DNA of 63,843 nt, the filler included, from Folioceros fuciformis (taxonomy: Eukaryota): the NCBI GenBank assembly GCA_049999805.1. It is 6 parts of 6 records of this genome, joined end to end, with 100 filler letters (N's around TTAATTAATTAA, not from the genome) between each part and the next. Parts side by side here need not be neighbours in the genome. Positions count along the whole stretch, not along the records: positions 17,879 to 32,697 come from JBNGIO010005490.1; positions 32,798 to 47,872 come from JBNGIO010005491.1; 4 more parts are not named here. One strand, 5' to 3'. This document shows positions 25,677-38,910 of the stretch, piece after piece (position 1 is the stretch's first letter; every line of letters starts with the position of its first letter). Below the pieces are notes generated by a model that was not told the DNA's origin, did not search any database, and saw only the letters and a list, made by a program, of their open reading frames with translations. The position numbers and the translations under genes were made by a program.

Positions 25677-27100
25677 ATGGAGGGATCGGAAGCACCTGTT
25701 CACAAGTCTGAAAAGTTCTCTGGCAGGCCAGGGACGCAGACCCTCATGGATTTCAAGTTGTTCCATGGCTTCTTAACCAGCCGCGTTAAGTTTAAGCATG
25801 GAACTGCTTATACCCATAGGTACATGTTTGAATAGCTACCTGGGTATCTAGCTGATGAAGCTTTGGACCTGTTTGAGATTCATGCACCAAAGATGTTGGC
25901 GGTGGTAGAAAAGCTCAACCCTACTTACACAATAGCTCTTCAAGTGGCATACAACAGTCTGCTGGCCACTGTAGTGGCCACTCACCAAGCAGGAATTGCA
26001 GTTGGCACCATCGCAACATCAGTCCCACCACCTACGGTGGTAAACATGACTCAGCAGGAGAGCAGGAGATGGCCACTGCCACAGCTGGTATCCCGGACAA
26101 GTTGGACGTGCCCAAGCACGACAACCCCGTGGAGGATTTCTTTGCGATTTTGGATAGAGCTTTTCCAACCAAGACTGCGGAGAAGATTGCGGAGCTCGCA
26201 GCCTTTGCGTGCAAGAAAGGTGAGACTGTCCACATGGCCTTTAGGCGACTGCAGAAGCTAAGAGATGGTACGGGCATGCTGACCGACCAAGAGGTGGCTC
26301 AAAAGTTTCTGGCTGCCTTGGAGACTGATCCATTGTTTCACTATCAGCTGTTTACTACCTTGGTTGACAAGTATGGGGACAACTACACACTGGATCAAGT
26401 CTACCAAGAAGCGAAGAGGAAGGAACTGGCTTTTCAGCGTATGCTTCTCAGCATACAAAAGCCTTCCACCCATTACCAGCAGATGTTTTCAGGGAAGAGT
26501 AGTTCGGCAACCACTTAGGGTGTTGCCAGCCAGCAAGGGCAGGGAGGCTAAGCCCACCAAGGCTGGGGCAGCAGCTACTGTTACCACACTTTGTAACAGG
26601 TGTGGCAGTGCTGACCATCTCCTGCCTGCATGTAAGGTGGGTACTGACTCCTTACGTTGCACTCACTGCCAGAAAACCGGCCATGTGGAAGTGGTTTGTT
26701 TTTCAAAGTATCCGGAACAACGACCATGGAAAACAGGGACAGGTTCTAGTGTTACCACCACTGCTGCTACTAAGCCTAATACTAATGCGGGAGCAAGTGG
26801 TTCAGGAAGTGCTTCAGCAGGGGCAGCTACAGGAGGGAGTCATCTCAGCAAGAGCCAAGTCAAGCGTGACAAGGCTCAGCAGAAGACGGCTGCCCAAGTC
26901 GACAAATTGATGGCCCTGGAGACAGCCATGGCGGTGTTGACCACTCAGGTCAACACGTTGGTAGCCAGCTTGAATGCTGCTAAGTTTGCCAGTGTGGTAA
27001 AACTGGTGACTACCAAGACAACAGCTAACCTTGATGAAGATTATGGCCTCGTCATGGAAGCCTGCGCAACACACACGGAGCAGTCAAGGTTTGGGTTGTC
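25677..27100 (+). pseudogene. Gypsy gag (frameshifted)
   Basis: MEGSEAPVHKSEKFSG... and knuckles CNRCGSADHLLPAC and CTHCQKTGHVEVVC. Confidence 0.75.
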
Positions 27101-27629
27101 TCATGGCAGAGGCTTAGAGCAATTAGACCTGCCTAGGGTGGGTGAGCAGCTACCACAAACATGGTTGGGACATGCTTTGGGGACAGTTGCCGTTACTACA
27201 CGGCAGCAGGGTGCTAGGGTTGCAATGCCTAGGTCATTCCAGCAGCTTCCACCAGGGTCTAGCGTACTAGTAAGAGGGGCAAATCATTTGCCTAAAGGAG
27301 ATCAGGTGGAACAAGGAGCTGACCAAGTTTCCAACAAGCGTCACAGGCTGGAAACACCCAAGCCTGATCAAGCTGTCCGATTACTGACTATGGTGTTAAC
27401 ACACAAGGAGCTGCTGAAGAGGGTACACAACGCACCCTTACTCAGCCTGCAAGATGTGAGGGTTGAAGAAGACACTGTGGGCATCATGTTGCAGCCTTCA
27501 AAGGCTGAGATGCCGCTGCCTTGTCGTGATCAGTTAGGCTTGATTCCCTTATTGCAAGCAAGAGGGTGCAAGCTGCACTACTGGCTTGTGAAAGCCAGGG
27601 TTTCCCAGTCGTACAACCCACAAATCGGC

Positions 27630-28020
27630 GCAAGGCCACAATTGGCAATGTGCTGGTGGACAATCGTGGCAGCCATGCGCTGGTGAATGGGTTTGCGCCC
27701 AGAGTAGTGTTGTTGGACACAAGGGCAAAGCTAGTCATCATAGGAAAGGTTCTAGCTGCCAGGCTGCGACTGGAAGGGAGTGCTTTACAGCCATCTCCCT
27801 GGAATATTCACACGGCATCAGGGGCTGTTGAACCTGTCAAAAGGGGAAACCACCCAACCAGTCAAGATTACTCTGAAGCCCAACATAGTGGATGAGGTGA
27901 GCTTGACGGTGCGTTGCCTGGTCACAGGGGCCACCAATTATGACATCCTGTTGGGATAGGAATTTTTGTTCCCTCTAGGAGTTTCCATTGACAACTGGAC
28001 AGAACAGGCCTTTTATAGGC
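27630..28020 (+). pseudogene. Retropepsin-like aspartic protease
   Basis: VLLDTRAKLVIIG (DTG motif mutated) and C-terminal YDILLG*EF. Confidence 0.75.
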
Positions 28021-28449
28021 TAGATTGGTAGCAAGGGGGAAAGTGCATTGCTTACCTGCCTTTGGATTTGCATGGCGCCACACAAGCAGCCGAGGCCACA
28101 CTGGTGGTAAGGCAGGCTTGCATGGTGCAGATCCAGCCATGGGAGGATGGGACGCCACCCTCATTACCACAAGACCATCGCGCTCAAGTATGGCTAGCTG
28201 AGTGTGGAGAGGACGAGGATATTCTTGTTCCTGATTCTGAAGAAGATGCGCTGGGAGCGCAGCTGCACTCGTAGGCCCCATTTGGGGTTCTCACAGCCAG
28301 GAAGGAGTGTCTGCAGCAAGCTCAAGAGACCGTCACTCATGTCATGCAAGTACTGCAGCGGGCTCTCACAGACCCAGCCACAGGGGAGACAGCAAATGTT
28401 TCTCCTATTCAACAGGCCGGCCGTCATTGCTTGGCAAGCTACACCACAA

Positions 28450-29400
28450 GGGGTTACCTTGGTGGAGCTGTTTGGGGGCCTGTGCACTGGTCTAGAGGCA
28501 GTGCTGAAGTGAGGCATCACTATTTCTAGATACATCTACTGTAATGGCTGCCCAGCTGTTAGGCACATTGCAATCTATCGAGTGCAATTGCTACAGCAGC
28601 AGTTCCCTCAGCAATTTTCTCGGCAGGCCAACAAGAGCATGTGTAGTGCTGTTCCACAGAACATTCGGTATATCCAGCAAGCACACGTCCAGGTCATTGG
28701 GACTGTGGATTTGCTTATCGCAGGATGGGAGTGCCAGGGTCTGTCCCAAGTTGGGAAAGGAGCAGGGCTGCACGATAGCCGTTCAGGCTTATTTAGAGAT
28801 CTGGTGCAAGTACTGCGATGGCTCCAAGATCAGCACCCACCAGTGGCTTACTTGCTGGAAAATACATCAGCTCAACTGGACGCTCGTCCACAGTTACGCC
28901 AAGACATGGGTGTCATTCAGCAGGTCATTGGCACGCCATTCACCATGGATGCTGCCCAAGTGGGCAGCTATGCTCACAGACTTAGGAATTACCGGACAAA
29001 TCTGGCCCCATTGCCTGTTATGAACTTGGCCTTACAGGAGCCGCTGCGGGACCCTACTTGACTCCTACAAGATGTGCTGGATGACAATCACACCCCCAAA
29101 CCTGTCACAGCCAAGGAGAGGGCCCCATGGTTTCCTACCAACACACCAGGTCAGCCAAGGAGGACTTTGCCTACAGTGGTCAGTTATCTTGGTTCCCTAT
29201 GCATATAGGAATAACGGCCCTGGCATGCTCTTTAATGAGGATACCAAGGTGTGGGACGAACCTCCAATGGAGGAGAGAGAACGGATAATTGGTTTTCATA
29301 CTCACAGCACAGCAGCACCCCAAGCCTACAGGGCACAAAGATTTGCAGCACTTGGCCGTGCTATGGATGTGAGTGCTTTGACTTGGCTGCTTAGCCTTTG
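28450..29400 (+). pseudogene. DNMT3-like C5 cytosine DNA methyltransferase domain within Gypsy pol
   Basis: Motifs in order: I LVELFGGLCTG, IV VDLLIAGWECQGLS (Cys codon 28732-28734), V SRSGLF, VI YLLENT, VIII AHRLRNYRTNL, IX EERERIIGF, X QRFAALGRAMDV. Two TGA stops (28510, 29059) and one frameshift near 29195. Confidence 0.9.
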
Positions 29401-29639
29401 TTTGGCTTTCCAGGTGTTCACTAGACCTCGGGACTACGTTTCCCACATCCAGACCCTGTCCTATCATCCGGATGCAGTTCATTTGCCATTCCTTGGATTT
29501 CGTTACCAAACCTATCAGCTCGATGCCGGGGGGGGGGGGGTGGCGCACATGTCTCCAAAACTTGTTTTTGTTGCGTTGGAGCTGGATTCAGGACTAGGAT
29601 TGTCAGCAGCCGTCAAACCTCCACCTATTACGGAGGCCT

Positions 29640-30175
29640 TTGATTGGATTGGCCTTCGGAACCTGCTTTCACAGTACTCGGACTGTTTTGTCCTGCTTTC
29701 GCAGTACTCGGACTGTTTTGTCCTGCTTTCGCAGTACTCGGACTGTTTTGTCTTCAGCATGAAGGATTTGAAGAGGTGCAATGTTATGATGTTCAAGATC
29801 AACCTCAACACTACTGAGTCGATCTATAGGCGCAGGTATAGGTTGAGCCAATCTGAATGGGAGATTGTGGAAGCACGCTGCCAAGAGCTGTATCCGGCTG
29901 GACTAATCAGACCTTCCAGCTCTGATTACGCAGCCGCTACCGTCCTTCCACCCAAGAAGGACAGCCAAGGCTTTTGGACTGAAAAGCAAATGTGTGGGGA
30001 CTACCGTCCCATCAATGGAGCAACAGCACTTGATAGGTATCCTATGCCTACGCCAAAAGAGTTGCTTGACAACATTGGACAGTCCAAATTCTTCTCTACG
30101 TTGGATTTGCGACAAGGTTTCAACCAGGTGCAAGTGGCAGAGGAGGATATACCCAAGATACCATTTCATGGAGCT
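29640..30175 (+). pseudogene. Gypsy reverse transcriptase, N-terminal half
   Basis: YRLSQSE..GLIRPSSSDYAAATVLPPKKD..MCGDYRPIN..DRYPMP..FSTLDLRQGFNQ. Same ORF (29072-30265) as DNMT motifs IX-X. Confidence 0.92.
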
Positions 30176-31260
30176 TGTGGGGGAAAATATTGCACACGGG
30201 GGTGCAGCGAAGTCCACACAAACCGTCGTTGTAGCCATGGGATCGAATCCCAGGGAATGATTTGATTTGTGCTAAATAACACAGGTTTTCCCACAAAGTT
30301 AATTACTATCTTGGATGGACTTTAATTATCCCAGCTCCACTACCCCCTGGTTCAACTACTGCTACTTCCGTTGCGGCTCAGCTACCACAACCCTAAGCTA
30401 CCTTATAGACTCACTCAGGGGGGATCGCTTCAACTACCAGCTTTTCAGCTACCCCGGACTACCTGCTTTTCAGCTACCCNNNNNNNNNNACTACCAGCTT
30501 TTCAGCTACCCCGGACTACCTGCTTTTCAGCTACCCCGGACTACCAGCTTTTCATCTACCCCGGACTACCAGCTTTTCAGCTACCCCGGGGGCACCTCTA
30601 CTAACCTAGCTCTTGACTACCTCGGTGGTAGTCATTACTGCACGACGAGGTTTGTCTCCACTACCTCGGTGGGGGCCCACTCTCAATCTCTTTCTATCTG
30701 TAACCCAGGTCACCACCTGCGGAGTCTAAACAGTACTTTCGGGGTTTACGCAACCCTTGGCCAGTTACGGCCCTCCAATCACCTACTCTAGCCACCGCTA
30801 TCACTCTTTCGCCACGGCCTTCGCACCCTAGAGACTATTCCACGGATCACACCCCCCTATGGTCACAACCCGGCCCAACTATGATTGCACACCCCCCTAT
30901 GGTCACAACGTGGCCCAACTATGATTGCACACCCCCCTATGGTCACAACCTGGCCCAACTATGATTGCACTGGTTTCCGCTCTTTACCCTAAATAGCCCC
31001 CACTTGGTGCAAACCTCGTTCTCTGAGACAAGCATTCACCAAGACCAGTCATGGACTTGCATGTTTCTCTACCTCTTACCACTCACAAATTATTCAATCT
31101 CCAGCACATACAACAATTCTTACACTTCTCGTCACAACTCTCTTCCCAGCGTCCTTCGTATGTTCCTCCGGTTCCCACACACTCACACATGCACACTTGC
31201 TGTTCCTCCGGTTCCCACACACTCACACATGCACACTTGCTCACTCACCGGACACAAAGG
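30176..31260. mobile_element. Gypsy-type LTR (family B) inserted into the RT
   Basis: TGTGGGGGAAAATATTG start homologous to 22075. Internal ~23-bp and ~39-bp tandem repeats. The right end is uncertain. Confidence 0.65.
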
Positions 31261-32390
31261 TGTGAACCTCCAAAGTTTGGGGTAGTGGTTTGTTTTGGTT
31301 GAAAAAGGGTTAATAGAAGTATGGTTTTGTTTTCTTTTTCTATGTATTTTTCTAATTTTCCTTTATTTTTTGGTCATTTTTCCTATTTTTCTTCCTTCGT
31401 ATGTTCCTCCGGTTCCCACACACTCACACATGCACACTTGCTCACTTACCGGACACAAAGGTGTGAACTTGCGGTAGTGGTTTGTTTTGGTTGAAAAAGG
31501 GTTAATAGAGATATGGTTTTGGGGTAGTGGTTTGTTTTGGTTGAAAAAGGGTTAATAGAGGTATGGTTTTGTTTTCTTTTTCTATGTATTTTTCTAATTT
31601 TCCTTTATTTTTTGATCATTTTTCCTATTTTTCTTTGCGCTAATTAATTTAATTGACCAGGAAATAATTAGATTTTGTTATTAGAGTGGGTATAGGTTTG
31701 GTACTGACCTGAGAAATTGGGTCTGGTACCGGACCATAGGGTCGGGAAAGTTTGAATCTAGGCTTGGTGATTGGTTTATTATTAATTAAAGATATATAAT
31801 ATTAAATGATTAAATAATAATAATAGTATAATAATACTAAATAATATGGGTAAATATAATGGGGTATGTCAGGGTTAGAGTCTATGTCTGGTTGGACTAA
31901 ACGGTCATGGAGGCCGTGACCTGCCTGGGGTAGGGGCTGCGGCCGCTCCCATTCCTCCCTCCCTTTCTCCCTTCCTCTTCATTTTCCTCTTGCCCCATTT
32001 CTTCTCCTTCTGCTTCCCTCTCCATCCCTTTGTCCCTCTTCTTCTTTTGGATCCACATTGCAGGTAGGGGAGGGATCCACATCGCAGATAGGGAAGGGAT
32101 CCTCGAGTGTTGGGAGTGAAGGCGACCGTATACCGCTGCCCTAAAGTTTGTGTAAAAGAGTCCCTGACTATATTGGTATTCGCTGCCCTGTGTAAGTATT
32201 CGCTGCCCTAAAGTTTGTGTAAAAGAGTCCCTGACTATATTGGTGTTCCATACCATATCGTATCGGTATTCCATAATGCACTTAACGTTGACAAGCCTTA
32301 ACTGAAATTCTCTTTTTTCTTATGGCGGCTGACAAGCAATTATCTGTTTTGTATATCTAAACTGAAACATAAAGTTACTACCTAATATCC

Positions 32391-32490
32391 GTCACATGGT
32401 CGAGTGGTCTTAAGCACCAGTCCGACAGCTCGCCCACAGGTATTATAGGACGCTTCAGGCAGGACGGCTCACGGTTCACCCCTTCAGGCT
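32391..32490 (+). other. Possible tRNA-derived (SINE-like) head or tRNA pseudogene
   Basis: GTCACATGGTCGAGTGGTCTTAAG resembles a tRNA-Leu/Ser 5' end and Pol III A box. Degenerate B box GGTTCACCCC at 32473-32482. Confidence 0.3.
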
Positions 32491-32697
32491 GCTGTGGTCA
32501 TACATACGTACAATGTACCCGGCCGGGGATCTCCCTAGACGAGACTTTTGTTAGAGTCATCTTCCGACAGCGGTCCCTGAACGATGGCCACAGTATGGCA
32601 ACCGCACCTGTTGTGGACCCAACAAATTGGAATTGGTGTGTGTACAAGGACTCTACCAGGAACCCCCGCTCACCTCAGCTTCGGGAGTGAACCCTTT

Positions 32698-32797
32698 NNN
32701 NNNNNNNNNNNNNNNNNNNNNNNNNNNNNNNNNNNNNNNNNTTAATTAATTAANNNNNNNNNNNNNNNNNNNNNNNNNNNNNNNNNNNNNNNNNNNN
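32698..32797. other. Artificial scaffold-joining spacer
   Basis: 44 N + TTAATTAATTAA + 44 N. Confidence 0.97.
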
Positions 32798-33445
32798 GTT
32801 GGGGGTGTATTTTAAACAGAATTTGTATCCGCTAATGTTGGTGGGGGAAACATCCTACTCATGTTCACCGTCATTGCAGCTGGATTACTACCTTTGCTTT
32901 ATCACTAGTCTGAATTTCAAGGCTCTTCTAAGATTCGAAGGGGGTTGTTGTAAGGAGAGCAAACGCTAAAGATTCTTGCCTTTGATTTGTGTGTAAGATG
33001 CCATTCTTTTGTGCAGCATAGTAGCCAGCTATTGCTGGCAATGCTAGATAGTCAAATGAATGCCTCCACTATTCTTCTTGATATCCTCTTAAAGTTGCGC
33101 CTACAAGAGCATCTCCCTCATCTACTCTCTTTTGAACTCAGCACAATCACATGTAGCACTCCTTCCCATGGGTTTGTAATTTGCAATGACACTTTGGCAT
33201 GTTACACATGCCATACAAAAGTTAAAAACAGCTAGGCTGGTGAGCACTTAGCACAACCTAACTGAACACAAAAGCAACCTAGTTGAACATAAAATCATTC
33301 TGCCTAAACACAACATCAGCCTAGTTGAACACTACATCAGCCTGGTTGAACACAACATTAGCCTGGCTGAACACAAAATTAGTCTGCCTAAACAATACAT
33401 CAGCTGAACACCATCATAGCTTGATTAAACACCAAAGTAGCTCGG

Positions 33446-36170
33446 CTACACACCAACCAAGTCCTCACATCCAACAAACAAAAACTTAAACACCAAATGA
33501 GCTGAACAACCTCCTCCCCAAACTAGTAGTTTAAATAAAACCACTACAAGTATCATGACATAGTGGTATCCTCTACAATTGCCAAGTGCCTTTCTTCTTC
33601 CTAAGCCATGACCATTCTTCAATGCTCTAAATCGTACCATCCTGTTCGTTCCATCGTTTGGGACCAATTCCTGCATCCTTGTCATGCTGGTTGACACCTT
33701 GTCCATCTGAGCCGCAACCTTCCTAATATGATGTTGTGCTTGTTTCATTATTGAACAAACCTTAAACAGAATATCAAGCTTTGTTTCCACCACGCTTAAA
33801 ATACTCTTACATATTGCATCCAAGTCTTGACGTCTGTTTAGCTTGAACTCTTCTAAGTTTTCAGAGTGCCTCAAACTAGGTGTTTCAATGCAAGTCGTGC
33901 TTTACGACATTACATCCTATAGGTTATGCATTTATGGCATATTGGTCTAAACAACAACATTGACGTCAGGTACTGAGCTGGCCCCTTCCTCTACCCTAGG
34001 ATGATATCCATTGGTACACCATGTAAGGCGCAGAACATGAGAAGTATGTTCAAATACACCACAAACTTGTTGCACCTTCATAATATGTTTGCATAGAAAA
34101 TCTTTTTGCCCCAACGCATAACTATAAAATACCCATGGTGAGTGTGCTGCCTCAATAACATACATTCCGTCACTATCTTCAGAGGGCATGCAATATGCAA
34201 TAGTAGTTTGTTCTAATCTGAATTCCTTTCTTTGCGAAAAAAAAAAAATGCATTAGTAGACCTATCGTCTATCAAAAAATGTGAAAATTGTGTTTGAAAT
34301 GGTTCTTGCTGCAAATAGAACATGTTTATATACCTTCTTTAGCTTCAAATTTGGCTTGTAACCCCTAGCCTTAGTGAAATCAAGGTACCAATAATGATGG
34401 CCTACCTCATTCACTAGTTGATGCAAAAGCCAATCCATATATGCCCTCTTGGTCGTGTTGCTTTAATGAAAGAGACTCTTTCCTTCAAAAAGCCATAAAA
34501 GGCCTCCAATGCAAACTTGGTATCATGTCCAACGTGAGGATACAACTTGCAATTCTTCAACCACATATCTACTAAAATAAAAATATCTTTATACTCCTCA
34601 CCCAACGTACGTCTAAAAATACAACCTTTAAATTACAAAAACAACACTGCAACATGAGAGCAAGATTCACCCCACTATTTCTTGAAGTACTCAACAGATG
34701 TTGGTTGGCTTTTGTGCCACTCCTTATAGAAAAACTCTAATAATATACTACCCCATGCAATAGTATCCTTATATGTACCATAGTCTTTGACACACATAAT
34801 CTCTGCAAAAGTAGCCCAATTTTTTTTCTTTGCAATACTACATTTCATCTTCCTTAAAAGGTTTTGTTGCCAGGTCTTTCTAACATGCCATAAGCACAAC
34901 ACAACATGTACATGTGCTCCCCATAATTGTTTGAATGTACTTATCTTTACCAAACATTCATCAACTAAAAAACAACTAGGAACCCATGTTGCATATGTGT
35001 TGAGCGCTACTTGTTGAAGTGGCTTCAACCATCCATGACACTAGAGAAATGATAGTAGCCCCCTGTGTTAGTGCCCAAGCAACTGGAATACCATTTAGGT
35101 GTTGATAAAAATCCATCATAGTGAACAAGTGACACCAATACTTTCTCATAACAAATGTAGCATCTATGACTAAAACACTATTCATCCCATTCTTAACCAA
35201 TATTTGCTACATAAAAGGAGTTTGCAATCCTAAAACAAATGGTTGACCATGTTTTGACCTATAGAAGATAAGGTCAGCATTCACTTTCAACCACATCTCG
35301 GTGATCTTTGCATCGTCTGCATAGAATTTCCACTCGCCTGCTTCCACCTGCCGTTTCATGTTCAACACATCCTTGCGCTGCAGGTAGTCATCTTGAATGT
35401 CATCTCCAGGTCCATGTCCTATGTAGTGCCTTATCTTCTCGTACATAACTACAATATGTCGACACATTATCTTCGACACAGAAACCTTGCAATAAAGACA
35501 ATATTTCACGCAGTCCTTGTTCTCCTTCGAAAGCAAAGGAGCTCTAGACATTTTAGGATGACCCACATATTGTGGGCCATTACAAACCTCACGTCCATGA
35601 TCTACATACATTCCTTCACGAAGGAGGATATGAGCCACATTTGGAAATAAAAGCAACTACTTCACAACAAAATTTGCCATACATCCAGTTTTCATATGCC
35701 TTCTCTGAAATCTTATGTTCCACATGAGCACCAATATCTACAGAGGTAGTCAAAATATATATTAGGCAAGTGTACCCTTCAAATTGGTAACTACATCATG
35801 TCAGATTTAGTGGGAACATTACCTTTGCAAAGCAAAAGCCTTGTCAAACTTAAACACAAAAACATAAAATCATGTGGTCAGGAAAAGCTATTGAGTGCAA
35901 TAACTCTGAGGGGGAGACCAACCATACCTAATGTATGTGCTTGCAGTATCCAAGGATGGCACAATCGGTATAGGCAAGGAATTTTGACTCTTCGAATCCT
36001 TCCGATACAAGCTTGCAGCACATCTCAAGCCTTCTCGAGAAACGTAGTCATTCACCTACTCCAAGGGATATAAGCAAGCTTCATGTCCTTCAACACTTGC
36101 CAGCTTAGATCATTTGCACTAAACTGCCCAAGTTCTAGCGATTGAATGAACAATGGAGACTCCATGGACA
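33446..36170 (-). pseudogene. Mutator-like (MULE) DDE transposase with SWIM finger, degenerate, probably intron-containing
   Basis: VIDATF..LFTMM..NGIPVAWAL, FLVDEC..LCLWHVRKTW (CxxH), TKFALEAFYGFLK, and SWIM remnant LCKHIMKV. Confidence 0.85.
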
Positions 36171-36569
36171 AAGGCCTGCAAGCTTCTTCACCACTCTTTG
36201 CTTATGTTAGAGTAAGCAAACTGCGAAAATAAGCTTCATGAACTTGCTGCTTTGCTTTGTACATGTTTGGAGGGGAGTGATCCCATGCATGGGTTTAAAC
36301 CTGGTTTATAACTTATGCATGGATGTAAACACTGCACGGTTGAACCCACCAGGCAAGTTCTACTGAAAGTTATGCCACCGTTTGTTTGTGGCGAAACCTA
36401 GGTTGTATACAGGCGGGTTATACGGGTAGATAGAGAGAGAGAGTGACCAGTGCATGGTGCATGCCATGCCATATAGGACGCCAAACCGTTCAAAGCATTT
36501 ATTCTTTCGGAGATTGACATGCATGCCTAAGGGAGGTTGTCTGGAGTACGGCACCCTAGGGAGGGTGCT

Positions 36570-36950
36570 CGAAGTATCATGTCATAGGGAGAGTGTTTAA
36601 AGTGTGGCGTCTAGGGGAGGTGTGGAAGTGCAACATCCAAGGGAGGCATCAACATGTAAGAGTACAGCCTTCTCAGGGAGGGCGTGCAAGTGCAATCTTC
36701 CAAGGGAGGTGTCTCTAAGTGCAAACTTCCGAGGGAGGCATCCAAGCGCAACCTTCCGAAGGAGGTATCCGTGTGCAACCTTATGCGTGAGGCGGCCAAG
36801 TGCAACCTTCTAAGGAGGCATTTGAGTGCAATCTTCTGAGGGAGGCGTTTGAGTGCAATCTTCCGAGGGAGGTGTGCGAGTGCAACCTTCTAAGGGAGGT
36901 GTCCTAGTGCAATCTTCCAAGGGAGGCATCCAAGTGTGGGAGTGTGGCCT
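36570..36950. repeat. ~27-30 bp degenerate tandem repeat upstream of the MULE ORF
   Basis: Recurrent GGGAGGnRTnnAGTGCAAnCTTC units. Confidence 0.8.
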
Positions 36951-38353
36951 TTGAGAGAGACATATGGCATAAGTCCCAATATTGTCATAAGTCCTACTAC
37001 TGTAATTGTTAATGTTTTTTAGTACAAAAATCCACTAAGGCTATAGGATTGGTAAGGACCCCTATTTCTACCCTTTTTCTCTTATAACCAATGGTATGTC
37101 TCACTACTATATGTGCCAAAAGACAAGCATGTCTTTCAAACAAACACAATGGTTATCACACCACTCGATGGATTTTTGTCCCTTACTACCTAGCAATCCC
37201 TCCTTATAAAGACTTATGCAACATTAAGGGCTAATGATAAAAATTGGTTAGTAGCAAATTCGAATTCCAAAGACTGAAGCCCTATCTTGTAAAAACATGA
37301 AAACATTATGTTTCTTTCTCCCATTTGCTAAAGCCCAAGGAACTCCAAGCTATTTAGCTTGCCAGACCCCTCAAACTCTCTCCTTAATGTATCTTATGAT
37401 AGAACACATTGTTCAACAATAATCACTAAGAAATCCAAATGTGCTAAATGTTCTGAACAAGGTATTCATTGAAGTGGAGACATTCTCCATGCTTTGGAGA
37501 AGGGCCAAAAAGTAGTATAAAAAAGTGACTTTTGAAAACTTCAAAAGAGTATATGAAGTACTTTTTAGAAAATAGTGCATAAAAAATATTATCTTTTTCA
37601 TCTCTAACCTACAATTTTGAAGGCTTAGACTAGCATACCATAGTTTCTTTATTGTATTCATGGCACCCAAATCTCAAAACTTAGGGCTTTGCCTAAAAAT
37701 TTGAAGGTGCTTGCACAGACCTTTTTTTCTTAATTTTTAATTTTTTTTAACAATTCATTGTCTGTACATTTTTCTTCTATTTGTCCTAATAATTCCAGTA
37801 TGCACTCATCATGGGTTATAGTGTTTCATGGAAGCTAAAGGCAATAATTAATGTATGTGATCTAAAACTATGCAATCATTATGTCCATAAATAATAGTCT
37901 TACATTATAGATAAAGTGATACACCTTAATGTTAGCCTAAAATACCTATAGGAGCTCTACTCCGATAGTCCACTAGAGTTATTTTCCAGAGTCCAACCAA
38001 ATTAGGCGGACTAGAGAAAAGTTATAGCGGAGTTGAGTATACCGGACTGATAGGCAGGACAGTCTGATCAAGAACGAGTACTCTGACGTCATGCAGATGG
38101 CGAGGCGTAATCGCCATGGAAGATTGCAGGCGTACCTACGTTGGACCATAAGTGCTTACTCTTGCTTACGCTGGCCAATACGCCCCATCTCTCTTATCCT
38201 TCCTCTCGCTTCTCGCCCCTCACTCTTCTTTCATTCAGTCACTCCGACTCTCCGCGCTCTTCCTACTCTCGCGACATTTTCGTGCCTGCTTCCTGTCGTG
38301 TCCCAGCTACCTTCACCTTCACCCTCACCCTCAACGCCTTCCACACTCCCACC

Positions 38354-38910
38354 ATGTCGCCAGGGAAACTCTTGGACATTGGCAACCCCTAGAATCTCAA
38401 CGCTGAGCACATGCAGACGAGGTCCTACCTGAATTTGGCTCCCTAGATCACTGCGGCCGGCGACTTGATGGAGCAGTGGGAGCTTGGGGACTTCTAGCTT
38501 CCATGGGGCATTAATTCCCCTTCCACTGTTCGAGAGTTCACCAAGACCATGCTGGCTTGCGCTTGTGGGAAGGCTGTTTCGGCAAGAGTCTAAGACAACC
38601 CCGCGCTTTGGACGGTGCAAATGATGACAGAGGTATATAGGCAGCCGTCGAAGGAGCGCAGAGGCTTCTATCTCAACTTGCAGTGCATCAAGGACAAGGT
38701 TAAGAAGGTTTTGACAGCACTCCTGAACGCGAATTCCGCGAAGACTACCAACGGGTGAGTATTCTGGACCCAAGAATCCGAGGAGTAGCCAGGCTCATCG
38801 TCAACTGGCTACCCGTGACCAAGATGGATCACATCGCGAACGGAGTCCTGCTCCTCCTTTACGAGCTGGCATAGGGCAACCCCGTGGATTGGAGGAAGGT
38901 GGTAGCACAT
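38354..38910 (+). pseudogene. Decayed transposon-type ORF, target of the Athila-like insertion (continues 47434-47872)
   Basis: GNPVDWRKVVAH joins RLQSDVRKLR..SPFLFHIW across the CACAT TSD. Confidence 0.55.

Larger units (their letters stand above)
23482..30175 (+). mobile_element. Ty3/Gypsy retrotransposon carrying a C5 DNA methyltransferase (gag-PR-DNMT-RT), 3' part lost at an LTR insertion
   Basis: Candidate LTR 23482-24879 (TGTCAGGCC...GGCTGGACA), gag with two CCHC knuckles, protease, DNMT motifs and Gypsy RT N-terminal half. The left boundary is tentative. Confidence 0.85.

Noticed and set aside
28450-29400. Bacterial restriction-modification methylase or host DNMT gene
   Set aside because: It is flanked by Gypsy protease and shares a frame with Gypsy RT. 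There are no introns, no regulatory domains and no bacterial gene context.
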